A DNA stretch of 64,000 bases from an uncultured candidatus Porisulfidus sp. (GCA_965204575.1 OZ241993.1:800001-864000); one strand, 5' to 3'; shown: positions 43,522 through 57,206, counted from the stretch's first letter. Numbers and translations: made by a program. The notes: a model not told the origin generated them from the letters alone.

Positions 43522-43812
43522 TCAGGCCTCGTGGATCGGCATGCGCCGCAGGTTGCGAACTTCCTGGTAAACCAGGTCGTACTGGCGCTGCAGGCGGGTC
43601 AGTTTGAACCGGTAGCGCAACACCATCCAGCCGCCGAGCCCCATGGCGAGGATCAGCCCCAGTCCCAGCGTGGCCAGCAGCGCGAACCCCAACTGCAGCG
43701 TGTACTCGGCGAAATACAGGTTGATGCCGACCGCTTGAGGGTTGGCCATCACCAGCATCAGGCCGAAGGCCATTACCAGCAGGAAGATGAGAAATGCACC
43801 CAGTTTGTTCAT
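43522..43812 (-). CDS. lapA: LPS assembly protein A
   Basis: Two TM segments, N.Q.V..N, EV.NLR.MP; position between ihfB and lapB. Confidence 0.8.
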   Translation of the reverse strand: MNKLGAFLIFLLVMAFGLMLVMANPQAVGINLYFAEYTLQLGFALLATLGLGLILAMGLGGWMVLRYRFKLTRLQRQYDLVYQEVRNLRRMPIHEA

Positions 43813-43900
43813 GTTCGGCGCCTCGAAGAGCCGGACATATGAATATAGCACGGCTCGACCGGATTTTCACCGCAAAACTGCGGGAGAAGAAATACGGGAA

Positions 43901-44215
43901 TTACTGGAACAGGTCGCGCAGTTTTTCGCGCAGGCTCTTGCCAGGCTTGAAGTGAGGCACGTGGCGCGTGCCCAGCATGACGTGGTCGCCGGTGCGGGGG
44001 TTGCAGGCCATGCGCGGCTGGCGCTCGCGCAGGCTGAAACTGCCGAAGCCGCGCAATTCCACCCGATCGTTCTGTGCCAGGCCTTCGGCGATGTGGTCGA
44101 AGACCAGCTTGACCGCCTCGTCCACGTCGCGCGGCGACAGGTGATCCTGCTTGGTCGTAATGCGCTCGATCAACTGGCTTCGGTTGATCTGGGCGGCGTT
44201 GTCTCGGGCAGGCAT
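43901..44215 (-). CDS. ihfB: Integration host factor beta
   Basis: RVELRGFGSFS, NPRTG, VPHFKPGK.LR; follows rpsA. Confidence 0.93.
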   Translation of the reverse strand: MPARDNAAQINRSQLIERITTKQDHLSPRDVDEAVKLVFDHIAEGLAQNDRVELRGFGSFSLRERQPRMACNPRTGDHVMLGTRHVPHFKPGKSLREKLRDLFQ

Positions 44216-44228
44216 AATCGGTTCGGGC

Positions 44229-45914
44229 TCAGGAATCGTCGTCCTTCCGGCCTACCAGTTTATCGCGAAGTATGCCGCCCAGCGATTTGCTGATCTTGGG
44301 GGCGGCTTCCTTGTACTCCTTGACCGCCTGTTTTTCTTCGGCCTGGTCCTTGGCCCGGACCGACAGGCTCAGGTGGCGGTTCTTGCGGTCGAACGACTGG
44401 ATAAACGCTTCCAGGGTGTCGCCGACCTTGACATGGTTGCGGGCATCTTCCACCGAGTCGTCCGCCAGTTCGGAGGCCGGGATCGAGCCGGTGATGTGCT
44501 CCGCCACCTCCACGGTGATCGTGCGGGACTCGACTTCGGTGACCGTGCAGGAGACGGCCTGGCCCTTGGGATGCTTCTTGAGCCAGCCTTGGACCGGGTC
44601 TTCCGTCAGTTGCTTGATGCCGAGCGAGACGCGCTCGCGGTCGACGTCGACGGACAGGACCTTGGCTTCGATTTCATTGCCCTTGCGGTACTCGTGGATG
44701 ACCTTCTCGCCGGGGTCGGTCCAGGACAGGTCGGACAGGTGGATCAGGCCGTCGATGCCGCCTTCCAGGCCGACGAAGATGCCGAAGTCGGTAATCGACT
44801 TGACGGTGCCGGCCACTTGCGCGCCCTTGCTGTACATGGCGGCGAACGCCTCCCAGGGATTGGCGGTGCACTGCTTCATGCCGAGCGAGATGCGGCGGCG
44901 CTCCAGATCGATCTCCAGCACCATCACCTCGACCGTCTCGCCGAGCGTCACCATCCGGGACGGGTTGGCGTTGCGCGAGGTCCAGTCCATCTCCGAGGCG
45001 TGCACCAGGCCCTCGATGCCGTCCTCGATCTCGACGAAGCAGCCGTAATCGGTAATGCTGGTCACCGTGCCCGGGACCTTGCTGCCGACCTCGTAGCGGT
45101 CCATGATGTTCTCCCACGGGTCCTCCGTCAGCTGCTTGATGCCGAGCGAGACCCGGCCGCTTTCCTGATCGTAGCTCAGGATCTTGACGTCGATTTCCTG
45201 GCCGACCTCCACCACGTCGGACGGATGCTTGATGCGCCGCCAGGCCATGTCGGTAATGTGCAGGAGGCCATCGACGCCGCCGAGATCCAGGAAGGCGCCG
45301 TATTCGGTCAGGTTCTTGACCGTGCCGCGCACCACGCCGCTCTCGGAGAGCTTCTTCAGCATGGCGTCGCGCTCGGCGCTGTGCTCGGTCTTGAGCACGG
45401 CCCGGCGGGATACGACCACGTTGTCGCGGCGCCGGTCGATCTTGATGATCTTGAATTCCAGTTCGCGGTTTTCCAGGTAGGCCGTGTCGCGCACGGGGCG
45501 GACATCGACCAGCGAACCCGGCAGGAAGGCGCGGATCGAGTTGAGGTTGATGGTGAAGCCGCCCTTGATCTTGTTGACGATGGTGCCGGTGACGTTGGTG
45601 TTTTCCTCGTAGGCTTTCTCCAGGTCGCTCCAGATGCGGATGCGCTTGGCGCGTTCGCGCGACATGCGGGTCTCGCCGTTGCCGTCCTCGATGGCGTCCA
45701 GGGAGACCTCGACGGTGTCGCCGACTTCGACCTCCAGCTTGCCGTCGGGGCCGACGAACTGGTCGGCCGGGATGAAGCATTCGGATTTCAGTCCGGCGCT
45801 GACGACGACGGAGTCCGGCCGGATGTCCACGACGGTGCCGTCGATGATCGAGCCGGCCCGCGTCTGCAGGTGTGCAATGTTCTCTTCGAGAAGTTCCGCG
45901 AAGGATTCGCTCAT
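44229..45914 (-). CDS. rpsA: 30S ribosomal protein S1
   Basis: [17 protein letters not shown], repeated S1 domains ([21 protein letters not shown]). Confidence 0.98.
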   Translation of the reverse strand: MSESFAELLEENIAHLQTRAGSIIDGTVVDIRPDSVVVSAGLKSECFIPADQFVGPDGKLEVEVGDTVEVSLDAIEDGNGETRMSRERAKRIRIWSDLEKAYEENTNVTGTIVNKIKGGFTINLNSIRAFLPGSLVDVRPVRDTAYLENRELEFKIIKIDRRRDNVVVSRRAVLKTEHSAERDAMLKKLSESGVVRGTVKNLTEYGAFLDLGGVDGLLHITDMAWRRIKHPSDVVEVGQEIDVKILSYDQESGRVSLGIKQLTEDPWENIMDRYEVGSKVPGTVTSITDYGCFVEIEDGIEGLVHASEMDWTSRNANPSRMVTLGETVEVMVLEIDLERRRISLGMKQCTANPWEAFAAMYSKGAQVAGTVKSITDFGIFVGLEGGIDGLIHLSDLSWTDPGEKVIHEYRKGNEIEAKVLSVDVDRERVSLGIKQLTEDPVQGWLKKHPKGQAVSCTVTEVESRTITVEVAEHITGSIPASELADDSVEDARNHVKVGDTLEAFIQSFDRKNRHLSLSVRAKDQAEEKQAVKEYKEAAPKISKSLGGILRDKLVGRKDDDS

Positions 45915-46612
45915 GGATGGGTGCCCTTGTCTGATGGAGTTAATATTCCGGGCAGGCAGGCCCGGGCCTTTGCATGAACCTCCTCGATCGATTGTTCGCT
46001 GGTGTCGATCAGGCAGGCATCGGGAGCCTGAACCAGGGGCGATTCACCCCGCCGCATGTCTTGAAGATCACGCTGGTTCAACTCGTCGATTAGCGTATTA
46101 AGTCTAGCATTGATCCCCATTTCCTCCAACTGACGCTGCCTCCGGCGCGCCCGGACTTCCAGCGAAGCGACCAGGTGGAACTTCAGGCAGGCGTCCGGGA
46201 AGACCACGGTTCCCATGTCGCGTCCGTCGGCCACCAGCCCGGGCATTCGGCGTGCCGCGCGCTGATGATCCAGCAGGGCGCGGCGGACTTCCGGATGGAC
46301 CGAGACGCGCGAGGCGACCTGCCCGACTTCCGGCGCCCGGATGCGGGTCGTGACGTCGGTTCCATCCAGCAGGATCCGGATCGATTCCGGCCGGGTCTCG
46401 ATCTCGACTCGCATGGCTTGGGCGATCCCGCCGCAGGCGGCCGCGTCGTCGGGATCCGTGCCTGCCTGCAGGACGGCCAGCCCGGCGGCGCGGTACAGGG
46501 CGCCGGAGTCGAGGTAGTGCCAGCCCAGTTCGTTCGCGAGATTCCGGGCCAGCGTACCCTTGCCGGATCCGGCAGTGCCGTCGACGGCGATGACGGGAGC
46601 GGCCTCAGGCAT
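45911..46612 (-). CDS. cmk: Cytidylate kinase
   Basis: [30 protein letters not shown]; start at MPEAAP. Confidence 0.96.
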   Translation of the reverse strand: MPEAAPVIAVDGTAGSGKGTLARNLANELGWHYLDSGALYRAAGLAVLQAGTDPDDAAACGGIAQAMRVEIETRPESIRILLDGTDVTTRIRAPEVGQVASRVSVHPEVRRALLDHQRAARRMPGLVADGRDMGTVVFPDACLKFHLVASLEVRARRRQRQLEEMGINARLNTLIDELNQRDLQDMRRGESPLVQAPDACLIDTSEQSIEEVHAKARACLPGILTPSDKGTHP

Positions 46613-47909
46613 CGTGCAGGCGTATTCCGGCCTGACGGGCGAGGCCGGGGAATTCGGGGAACGAGGTCGCCGCCCACTGCGCGCCTTCGACGGCGACCGG
46701 TTCCGAGGCCGCCAGCGCGGCAATCGCGAACGCCATGGCAATGCGGTGATCCCGGTGGCTTTGGATCGTGCCGCCGCCCAGTGGCCCGCCTGCAATCCGG
46801 ACGGCATCGCCGTCGATCTCCATCGGCACGCCCAGCGTTTCCAGGCCTTCCGCCATGGCGGCGACCCGGTCGCTTTCCTTGATCCTCAACTCGCCGACCC
46901 CGGACAGGGTGGTCACCCCTTCCGCACAGGCGGCGGCCACGCACAGCACCGGAAATTCATCGATGGCATTGGCGACCAGATCGGGCCCGATGTCGATCCC
47001 GGTCAGCGAGCTGCTGCGCACGGCGAGGTCGGCGACCGGCTCCCGGCCGACGGAATCGGCGGCGTCAAGGGTCAGGTCGGCTCCCATTTTCGCGAGGATC
47101 TGCAGGATCCCGTCGCGCCGCGGGTTGACGCCGACGCCGGGCAGTTTCAGTTCGGAGCCCGGCGCAATCAAGGCGCCTACGATGAAGAAGGCGGCGGCCG
47201 ACAGGTCGCGCGGGACGGTGATCTCGGCACCGTGAAGGGCCTGTCCGCCCTCGACGCAGATTTGTGCGCCGTCCACTTCGCAGTCTGCACCGAACAATGG
47301 CAGCATGCGTTCGGTGTGATCCCTTGACGGTACCGCTTCCGTCAGGCAGGTACGGCCTTGGGCCTGAAGCCCGGCAAGCAGGAGGGCGGACTTGACTTGT
47401 GCACTTGCGACCGGAGTCCCGTAAGTGATCCCCTGCAGGGAGGTGCCGTCAATACGGATCGGCGGGTGGCCGGAATCGGTCTCGATGCGTGCGCCCATCT
47501 CCCTCAGGGGGACGGCGACCCGCTCCATGGGCCGCTGCGACAGCGAGGCATCCCCGATCAGCGTGGCGGGGAAAGGGCGGGCCGCCAGCAGGCCGCACAA
47601 CAGCCGCATGGCCGTGCCGGAATTCCCAAGATCCAGCGGGGCCTCCGGAGCCGTCAACCCGTCAGGGCCGCGGCCTTCCACCACCCAGCTTCCGGGCGAG
47701 GCTTCCCGGATGTCCACGCCCATCTGGGCAAGCGCGCGGGCGGTCGCCCGGCAGTCTTCGCTGTCGAGGACGCCTTCCAGCCGGCTGGTGCCCTCGGCAA
47801 GGGCGGCGATCAGGAAGGCCCGGTGGCTGATGGACTTGTCGCCGGGCAAGGCGAGGGTTCCGCGGACCTGACCTCCCGGTTCCAGTCGCCAGCCGTCACT
47901 CGTGTCCAT
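46605..47909 (-). CDS. aroA: EPSP synthase
   Basis: PGDKSISHR, GNSGTAMRL, ASAQVKSA, RDHTERML, ELRIKESDR, DHRIAM. Confidence 0.97.
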   Translation of the reverse strand: MDTSDGWRLEPGGQVRGTLALPGDKSISHRAFLIAALAEGTSRLEGVLDSEDCRATARALAQMGVDIREASPGSWVVEGRGPDGLTAPEAPLDLGNSGTAMRLLCGLLAARPFPATLIGDASLSQRPMERVAVPLREMGARIETDSGHPPIRIDGTSLQGITYGTPVASAQVKSALLLAGLQAQGRTCLTEAVPSRDHTERMLPLFGADCEVDGAQICVEGGQALHGAEITVPRDLSAAAFFIVGALIAPGSELKLPGVGVNPRRDGILQILAKMGADLTLDAADSVGREPVADLAVRSSSLTGIDIGPDLVANAIDEFPVLCVAAACAEGVTTLSGVGELRIKESDRVAAMAEGLETLGVPMEIDGDAVRIAGGPLGGGTIQSHRDHRIAMAFAIAALAASEPVAVEGAQWAATSFPEFPGLARQAGIRLHDA

Positions 47910-48777
47910 CGGGACGCAAGGTGTCGCGGGTCTTCTTCGCGGTCGTGAACGAGCCTCGCAGCACATCGGACTGGTCGTTGTGCAGGGCATCGATCAGTTC
48001 GCCGATGCGGCCCTGGAATTGCTTCAGGACGGGCGCCAGGTGCTCACGGTTGGCTTGGCAGATGTCGAGCCAGAGTTCCGGGTTGCTGGAGGCAATGCGG
48101 GTGAAGTCGAGCAGGCCGCCTGCGGCATAGCGCTTCAACTCCTCGGCCGGGAACGTGTCGGTCAGGACCTCCATCAGGGCATAGGCGAGCACATGCGGGA
48201 GATGGCTGATGCCTGCGAACAGCGCGTCGTGCGTATCCGCATCCATGCGTTCGACCTGCGCGCCGAGCTGCTCCCACATCCAGCAGATCCGGTCGACTTT
48301 CCCGGAGTCGGTGTTGCTGACCGGGGTCAGCACCACGCGGCGGTCGCGGAACAGGCCGCTGCTGGCATGCTGCGCCCCGCTTTTCTCCGTACCGGAAATC
48401 GGGTGCCCGGGCACGAACCAGGGCGGAACCTGGCCACACGCTTGCTCAATCTCTTGCAGCACGGGCTTCTTGATGCTGCCGACATCGGTGACCACCTGGT
48501 GCTCGGCAATATGCGGCTCCAGGTTCCGGCAGACCTCGGCAATGGCGGCAGGCGGGGTGGCCAGCACGATCAATTCGACCTCTTTGGCCGCAGCCTCGGG
48601 GGTCGGGTGGATTGCATCGATCAAGTCGAGGCCGCGCGCCTGCTCCAGTGCCTCCGAGTCCGAATCGTAGCCGTGGATCGCATGTACGGCCCCGGCTGCC
48701 CGCAGCCCTGCCGCCATGGACCCGCCGATGTGTCCGACTCCGATCAGCGCGAGGGACGTGCTCATGATGCCCGCCAT
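47896..48777 (-). CDS. tyrA: Prephenate/arogenate dehydrogenase
   Basis: G.G.IGGS, TDVGSIK, HPISGTEKSG, SHLPH, DFTRIASS.P.LW. Confidence 0.93.
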   Translation of the reverse strand: MAGIMSTSLALIGVGHIGGSMAAGLRAAGAVHAIHGYDSDSEALEQARGLDLIDAIHPTPEAAAKEVELIVLATPPAAIAEVCRNLEPHIAEHQVVTDVGSIKKPVLQEIEQACGQVPPWFVPGHPISGTEKSGAQHASSGLFRDRRVVLTPVSNTDSGKVDRICWMWEQLGAQVERMDADTHDALFAGISHLPHVLAYALMEVLTDTFPAEELKRYAAGGLLDFTRIASSNPELWLDICQANREHLAPVLKQFQGRIGELIDALHNDQSDVLRGSFTTAKKTRDTLRPDGHE

Positions 48778-49883
48778 GCCTGCAACGCGTCGACCAGGGT
48801 TCGGGTCTCCTCGGCGGTGCCGATGGTGCAGCGCAGCCAGTTCGGCAGTTCGTATTCCGGCAGTGCACGCACCAGGATCCCGCGCTCGCGCAGGAAATCC
48901 ACCACGGCCCGGGCCTGCCCGCCGAAGTCCAGGGTCAGGAAATTGCCATGCGTGCCCAGCGCGCGCAGTTCAAGCTCGCGGGCCGTCCTCAGCAGCTGGC
49001 GCATGCCCTGGGCATTGACGGCCCGGCTGTGCGTCACGTGTTCCTCGTCGCCGACGGCGGCCACTGCCGCCTGTTGCGCCAGCGTGTTGACGTTGAAAGG
49101 CTGCCGCACCCGGTTGAGCATCGCGATGACTTCGGGGTGGGCCAGCGCGTAGCCGATGCGCAGGCCGGCCAACCCGAAAATCTTGGAAAACGTCCGGGTC
49201 ACGATCACCTGCGGGTATTCCAGGAACCGCCCGGCCGCCGGGATCGGGTCGCGGTATTCGGCGTAGGCCTCGTCCAGCACGACCAGGACCTGGGGCGGCA
49301 GCGCCTCGATCAAGGCCCGAATCTCGCCGTCTTCCAGCACGGTGCCGGTCGGGTTGTTCGGGTTGGCGATGAACACCACGGCCGTGGTCTCGTCCACGCA
49401 TTCGAGCAGCGCCTTCGGGTCGTGCCCCAGCGGCTGCTCGTGCTCGACCGGGTATGGGGCCGAAATCCGTGCCGTGGCGCCTGCCGCCTGCACCACCAGC
49501 GGGTAGACCACGAAGGCGTGCCGCGCGAACGCGGCGCTGCGGCCCGCCTCCAGGTAGGCGCACGCGACCAGGTCCAGCAAGTCGGAAGAACCATTGCCGA
49601 AGATCAGGCAGTCGGGCGGGCAGTCGTGACGGGCGCTCAGCGCCTCTCTCAACGCGTGCCCGTCGTTGTCGGGGTAGCGGGACAGGTTGGCGGGCTCCCC
49701 CAGGGCGGCCACCGCCTCGGCGGATGGGCCAAGCGGATTTTCGTTGGAGGCCAGGCGGCAGACCTTCTCGTCCACGGTGCTGGGCCGGGCGCCGGGCACG
49801 TAGGGGGCCAGGCCCTGCACGCAGGGGCGTGCGGCCGCGACGATGCGCCGCAATGCCGCGGCATCGGAGTCGGAAGCAGTCAT
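48762..49883 (-). CDS. hisC: Histidinol-phosphate aminotransferase
   Basis: LASNENPLG, RYPD, GNGS, NPNNPTG, DEAY.EY, RTFSK.FGLAGLRIGY. Confidence 0.94.
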   Translation of the reverse strand: MTASDSDAAALRRIVAAARPCVQGLAPYVPGARPSTVDEKVCRLASNENPLGPSAEAVAALGEPANLSRYPDNDGHALREALSARHDCPPDCLIFGNGSSDLLDLVACAYLEAGRSAAFARHAFVVYPLVVQAAGATARISAPYPVEHEQPLGHDPKALLECVDETTAVVFIANPNNPTGTVLEDGEIRALIEALPPQVLVVLDEAYAEYRDPIPAAGRFLEYPQVIVTRTFSKIFGLAGLRIGYALAHPEVIAMLNRVRQPFNVNTLAQQAAVAAVGDEEHVTHSRAVNAQGMRQLLRTARELELRALGTHGNFLTLDFGGQARAVVDFLRERGILVRALPEYELPNWLRCTIGTAEETRTLVDALQAWRAS

Positions 49884-49887
49884 GAGG

Positions 49888-50961
49888 TCAACCCAGTGCG
49901 CAGGGGTAGGAGCCCAGGATCTTGCAGAACGCGGCAGCCTCGTGCAGGCTTTCCAGCGCCTGTGCCACCTGGGGATCCTGCTTGTGGCCCCGGATGTCCA
50001 GGAAGAACACGTATTCCCAGTTGATGGCCTGCGTGGGGCGCGACTCGATGCGGGTCAGGTCGATCCCGGCATCGGCCAGCGGATGCAGCAGTCCCAGCAG
50101 CGCGCCGGGCTGGTTGTGTGCCGACACCAGCACGCTGGTCTTGTCCTCGCCGGAGGGTGCCTGGTCGTGCTTGCCGAGTATCAGGAACCGGGTCCGGTTG
50201 TTCGGGTTGTCCTCGATGTTGGCGGCCAGGATCTTCAGGTCGTACTGTTCCGCCGCGGCGCGCGAGGCGATGGCCGCGGTATCGGCATGATCGGCGGCAT
50301 AGCGGGCGGCGGCGGCGTTGCTGGCGTCGTTGATGCGGTCCAGGCCCGGCAACGCCCGGTCCAGCCACTGCCGGCACTGGGCCAGGGCCTGCGGGTGCGC
50401 GCGCACGCCCCGCAGGGCCGAGCGGTCCTCGCTGGAAGCCAGCAGGTGGTGGTGGACCGCCAGTTCGACTTCGCCGGCGATCTTCAGCGGCGACTCGATG
50501 AACCGGTCCAGCGTATGCGCGACCACGCCGTCGGTGGAATTCTCGACCGGCACCACGCCGTATTCGGACTGGCCGCTCTCCACCTCGCGGAATACCTCGG
50601 CGACGTTGTCGTGCGGGGTGATGTCCGCGGCATGGCCGAAGTGACGCCGGGCGGCCTGGTGGGTGAACGTGCCTTCCGGGCCGAGGTAGGCAACCCGGAT
50701 CGGGCGCTCCAGCGCCAGGCAGGCCGACATGATTTCACGGAACAGGCGCATCATCCCGTCGTCCGACAGGGGGCCGGGATTGGTCTCGCGAATGCGGCGC
50801 AGGACCTGCGCTTCGCGCGCAGGGTCGTAGAACGCGCCGCCTGCTTCCTTGGCGCGTGCCGTCTCCAGCGCCAGCGCCGCACGACGGCTGATGCGCTCCA
50901 TGATTTCGGCGTCCAGCGCATCGATCTGCTGCCGGGCCGATTCCAGCTCGTTGTTCTTCAT
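49888..50961 (-). CDS. pheA: Chorismate mutase / prephenate dehydratase
   Basis: R.QID.LD, YLGPEGTF, VPVENS, N.TRF, TRIESRP, LGSYP; start at MKNNEL. Confidence 0.96.
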   Translation of the reverse strand: MKNNELESARQQIDALDAEIMERISRRAALALETARAKEAGGAFYDPAREAQVLRRIRETNPGPLSDDGMMRLFREIMSACLALERPIRVAYLGPEGTFTHQAARRHFGHAADITPHDNVAEVFREVESGQSEYGVVPVENSTDGVVAHTLDRFIESPLKIAGEVELAVHHHLLASSEDRSALRGVRAHPQALAQCRQWLDRALPGLDRINDASNAAAARYAADHADTAAIASRAAAEQYDLKILAANIEDNPNNRTRFLILGKHDQAPSGEDKTSVLVSAHNQPGALLGLLHPLADAGIDLTRIESRPTQAINWEYVFFLDIRGHKQDPQVAQALESLHEAAAFCKILGSYPCALG

Positions 50962-52023
50962 GTTTTGCGTTCGAAATCCCGCATGAATTCGACCAGGGCT
51001 TCCGCCCCGGCTACAGGCATGGCATTGTACAGGCTCGCCCGCATTCCGCCGGTCACTTTGTGGCCGCGCAGCCCGGCCAGGCCGGCGGCCTCGGCCTGTT
51101 GCAGGAAGGCGGCTTCCAGCCCCGAGTCTGCCAGGGTGAAGCAGACGTTCATGCGCGAGCGGGCCCGGGGGGCGATGGCGTTCGCATAGAGCGAACTGGC
51201 GTCGATGCAGTCGTACACGAGACTCGCGCGGGTCCGGGCGCGCCGTTCCATTTCCTCCAACCCGCCCTGGTCGCGAATCCAATGCAGCATCAGTGCGCTG
51301 ACGTACCAGGCATAGATGGGGGGCGTGTGATAAAGACAGCCGGTGCGGGCCTGGGCCGCGTAGGACAGGCCCGGGGCCAGTCCGGTCTCCTCGCGAAGGC
51401 AGTCGCGCCGAACCACCAGCACCGTCAGGCCGGCCGTGCCGAAGTTTTTCTGGCTGCCGGCATAGCACAGCGCATACGGGCGGATGTCGAACGGCCCGCT
51501 CAGGAAATCCGAGGTGCGGTCGCAGACCAGGGGGCAGGCCGCCTGCGGGGCCGGCATCGCCAGACCGGTCAGCGTCTCATTGGAGACGTAATGCAGGAAG
51601 GCCAGTCCATCCGTATCCGCCGGTGCGAGGCCGGGATAGTCCGCCGGGTCCGGCGAATCCGGCAGCACGCGGATTTCGCGGAGTTTTCTCGCCTGCTCGA
51701 TCGCCTGTCGGGACCAGAAACCCGAGTCGACCAGTCCGACCCGGTCGCCTGGGGCGCTCAGGTTCTGCACCCACAAGGTGTAGTGCACCCGCGCGCCGCC
51801 GTTCAGGAACAGCACCGCGTAGTCGTCGGGAAGTGCGAGCAGGGCGCGCAGATCGGCTTCCGCCTGTTCCGCGATGGCGCCGAAATCCGGGCCGCGGTGG
51901 CTCAACTCCAGGATGGAGCGGCCGTGCGGGGGGAAGGAACGGACGGCCTCGGCGGCCTCGGCGACGACTTCCGGCGGAAGCTGGGCCGGTCCGGGCGCGT
52001 AGTTGTAGCGGGCTGGGGCTCCC

Positions 52024-52034
<11 letters not shown>
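50958..52034 (-). CDS. serC: Phosphoserine aminotransferase
   Basis: [44 protein letters not shown]; probable TTG start. Confidence 0.94.
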
Positions 52035-54606
<2,572 letters not shown>

Positions 54607-54810
54607 TCTGAGGGGGTTTTCCTTGGGTAAAAATACGTGGGAATTTGGGCTGAAATTCAATCAAACAATTTTACCAGAAATCGCGGTTTTCTGCACCTTT
54701 TCCAAGGGGGCCAAAAAGGCTGCCGGAAGGGGGGCCCAGAGGGCATGGGAGAGGGCTTCAGCGCCGCGATAAATCGGCCTGAATTCAGGCTTTTCCGGGG
54801 ACCTGGGGGA

Positions 54811-54887
54811 TGGTGGCTATGGGTGGACTCGAACCACCGACCTTGGCATTATGAGTGCCACGCTCTAACCAGCTGAGCTACATAGCC
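54811..54887 (-). tRNA. tRNA-Met(CAT), elongator-like
   Basis: GGCTATGTAGCTCAGCTGGTTAGAGC...CTCATAA...GGTTCGAGTCC...ACCA. Confidence 0.93.
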
Positions 54888-54965
54888 AGGTGCGCGCGCA
54901 TTATATATGCGATTGGGGCAGGTTTGAGCCGGTGCCTTCAAATCCCGACTGCCGGATAAAGGATT

Positions 54966-55187
54966 TCAACCTTTCGGAGGATACGGGTCTTCGCCGTATG
55001 TGTTGCGCTCCCTGATCTGCCCGTTTTCTCGATGGACAAACATCTCGCTTTTGTTTTTAATTGCGATCTCTCTGGCGGTTTCAATCGCTTCTCTCTGTGT
55101 CCGATGGGTCGAGGTGGCGCGCTGATTCCCTTCACCCTTGACGGCCCACTCCCCATCGTGAGGAACAACAGGTTGATTTTCAGCCAT
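54966..55187 (-). CDS. DUF2188-family protein
   Basis: VVP..G.WAVK.EG..RA...H.TQ.EAI..AR.IA...SE..VH..NG.IRER..YG.DPYPP.G. Confidence 0.85.
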   Translation of the reverse strand: MAENQPVVPHDGEWAVKGEGNQRATSTHRTQREAIETAREIAIKNKSEMFVHRENGQIRERNTYGEDPYPPKG

Positions 55188-55241
55188 AATTTACTCCATT
55201 CCAGTAGGAATTTCCTGTCGTCATCTTAGCAGTAAGGTTGA

Positions 55242-55270
55242 ATTATATGATGTTATAATGCGTTTGTCAA
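55242..55270 (-). promoter_or_regulatory. Consensus sigma70 promoter for the DUF2188 gene, overlapping a divergent extended -10
   Basis: Minus strand TTGACA-17 nt-TATAAT; plus strand TGnTATAAT at 55251-55259. Confidence 0.8.
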
Positions 55271-55324
55271 CCAACTTCCCAAGAGGGAAGGCGGTGTGGC
55301 AAAATCCATCAATAAGGCAAGACG

Positions 55325-55567
55325 ATGCATAAGGAATTACAAATAAAGGAAGTGGTTGATGGTCATGGCACGGCTATTTTCCATCAGAAAAAATTTCATA
55401 TTGGACCAGAAAGCTCACACCACAAAGAAAAGGGCTACGGTGGACAAACTTTCACCATCAGATTCAATGACGGGTTTGTTGTTAAAACAACTAATTTGAA
55501 TGATTGCGGCAAATGTAATTTGCCGGACAACGCAGAATTCGCAGGACCAAGAAGATTGCCCTTCTGA
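55325..55567 (+). CDS. Small hypothetical protein, AT-rich
   Basis: 80-aa ORF downstream of the plus-strand extended -10; no recognised motif. Confidence 0.5.
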   Translation: MHKELQIKEVVDGHGTAIFHQKKFHIGPESSHHKEKGYGGQTFTIRFNDGFVVKTTNLNDCGKCNLPDNAEFAGPRRLPF

Positions 55568-55615
55568 CCTTTCGATTTTGCTACATTCTTACCTAAAAAA
55601 CTACGGAAACATTCT

Positions 55616-56698
55616 ATGTTTGGACAAAGACTCAGGCTAGCCCGGAAAAAGTCCGGGCTTTCAATGCGTGCACTCGCGGACTGCGTTACTCCCAAAATCA
55701 CGGCACAAGCCATCAGCAAATACGAGGCCGGAAAGATGATGCCGTCTTCGGCTGTTCTGGTCGGGCTTGGAAAGGCGCTCGACGTGCCGCTCGACTTCTT
55801 GATGTCCGATCAGGTCGTCTCGTTGGACAAAATAAACTTCCGCAAGCATTCGGGCACATCGGCACGAGACCGGGCCGTCGCTGAGGCGCTCGTAACCGAA
55901 AAGCTTGAAAACTATCTGGTCATTGAGGATATCTTGGATCTAGGCTCGCAGCCGGACCCTCTGGAGAGTTTGCGGTGCGACCGGGTTGGCAGCTTGGAGG
56001 AAGTTGAAGCAAAAGCGGAAGAAGTGCGACAGGCGTGGGGGCTGGGCACTGACCCGATTTCCAGCATGACCGGTCTTCTGGAAGACAAGGGAGTTAAAGT
56101 GATCGAAGCAAACCTTCCAAAACGATTCGATGGCCTTGCCTGCGACGTGAAATGTGGTGGCAGGCATGCGGATACCCAAGTGGTGGTGATTTCAAGCCAC
56201 ACCAATGTTGAGCGCAAACGGTTTAACCTTGCGCACGAATTGGCGCATCGAGTCATTCGAGAAACTGGCAATCCGGCGATCAGCATAGAAAAGGCCGTGG
56301 ATCGTTTTGCCGGAGCTTTTCTCGTTCCTGCGGAACACCTGCGCGAGGAAGTCGGCGAATGTCGCCGCGGCGTGACTTACCATGAAATTATTCGCCTGAA
56401 GCACACCTATGGCGTTTCGGCAGCCGCCATGCTTGTCCGCTTGGGCCAGACCGGCATTCTGCCCCAAACCGTCGTTGATTATGCATTCCGGAGTTACGCA
56501 CGGTCTTGGCGTACGAACGAACCGAAGCCGATGGGTGAGGGTGAAGGGTTTGCCGCATTTGAAACGCCGGGGCGGTTCGAGAGGCTGAGTTGGCGGGCTC
56601 TGGGCGAGCAATTGATTTCGCCATTACGTGCCGCGCAGTTGCTGGACCTCTCGCTGGACGAAGTCGAGCGTGAGATCAGGGGGCCTTGTGTCCAGTGA
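55616..56698 (+). CDS. XRE-HTH fused to ImmA/IrrE-family metallopeptidase
   Basis: GQRLRLAR..GLS...LA, AISKYE.G; RKRFNLAHELAH (HExxH). Confidence 0.92.
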   Translation: MFGQRLRLARKKSGLSMRALADCVTPKITAQAISKYEAGKMMPSSAVLVGLGKALDVPLDFLMSDQVVSLDKINFRKHSGTSARDRAVAEALVTEKLENYLVIEDILDLGSQPDPLESLRCDRVGSLEEVEAKAEEVRQAWGLGTDPISSMTGLLEDKGVKVIEANLPKRFDGLACDVKCGGRHADTQVVVISSHTNVERKRFNLAHELAHRVIRETGNPAISIEKAVDRFAGAFLVPAEHLREEVGECRRGVTYHEIIRLKHTYGVSAAAMLVRLGQTGILPQTVVDYAFRSYARSWRTNEPKPMGEGEGFAAFETPGRFERLSWRALGEQLISPLRAAQLLDLSLDEVEREIRGPCVQ

Positions 56699-57206
56699 TC
56701 GTGTTGTCGTTTGTGATTCATCGTGCTTGATTCACCTGCGCAAGGGAAAAGTCACCGTCGCGACGATGGAGTTGCCCTATCGGTTTGTCATTCCCTACCC
56801 AATACGTGAAGATGAATTGCTTTCTTTCACAGCTAGGGAAAAGAGGCGATTGGAGAGCAAGGGTCTTGAAACGTATGACCTCCCGGGAGACCAGACGGCG
56901 GAAGCCTTTGCGCTGAAGAGCCGGCATCCAGGGTTGTCGGCTTATGACTGCTTCGCCTTCGTGGCGGCAAAACACCATGAAGGCAGCATCTTGTTGACCG
57001 GTGATGGAAGTCTGCGTCACATTGCTGAAAAAAATCAGATGGAAGTACACGGGGTGCTCTGGATTACTGACGAATTGGAGGCCGCTGGAGTATGTGACGG
57101 AGTTTCGCTGATTAAGGCACTTGAAGCTTGGAAGAACGACGAAACGGTTTTCCTTCCGAATGACGAAATCGAGCAAAGACTTCGCCATTTTCGAAGTAAA
57201 CACTAA
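56688..57206 (+). CDS. PIN-domain protein
   Basis: VVCDSSCLI, LSAYD, LLTGDG.LR..A....EVHG.LW; GTG start overlapping the XRE-ImmA gene. Confidence 0.82.
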   Translation: MSSDRVVVCDSSCLIHLRKGKVTVATMELPYRFVIPYPIREDELLSFTAREKRRLESKGLETYDLPGDQTAEAFALKSRHPGLSAYDCFAFVAAKHHEGSILLTGDGSLRHIAEKNQMEVHGVLWITDELEAAGVCDGVSLIKALEAWKNDETVFLPNDEIEQRLRHFRSKH

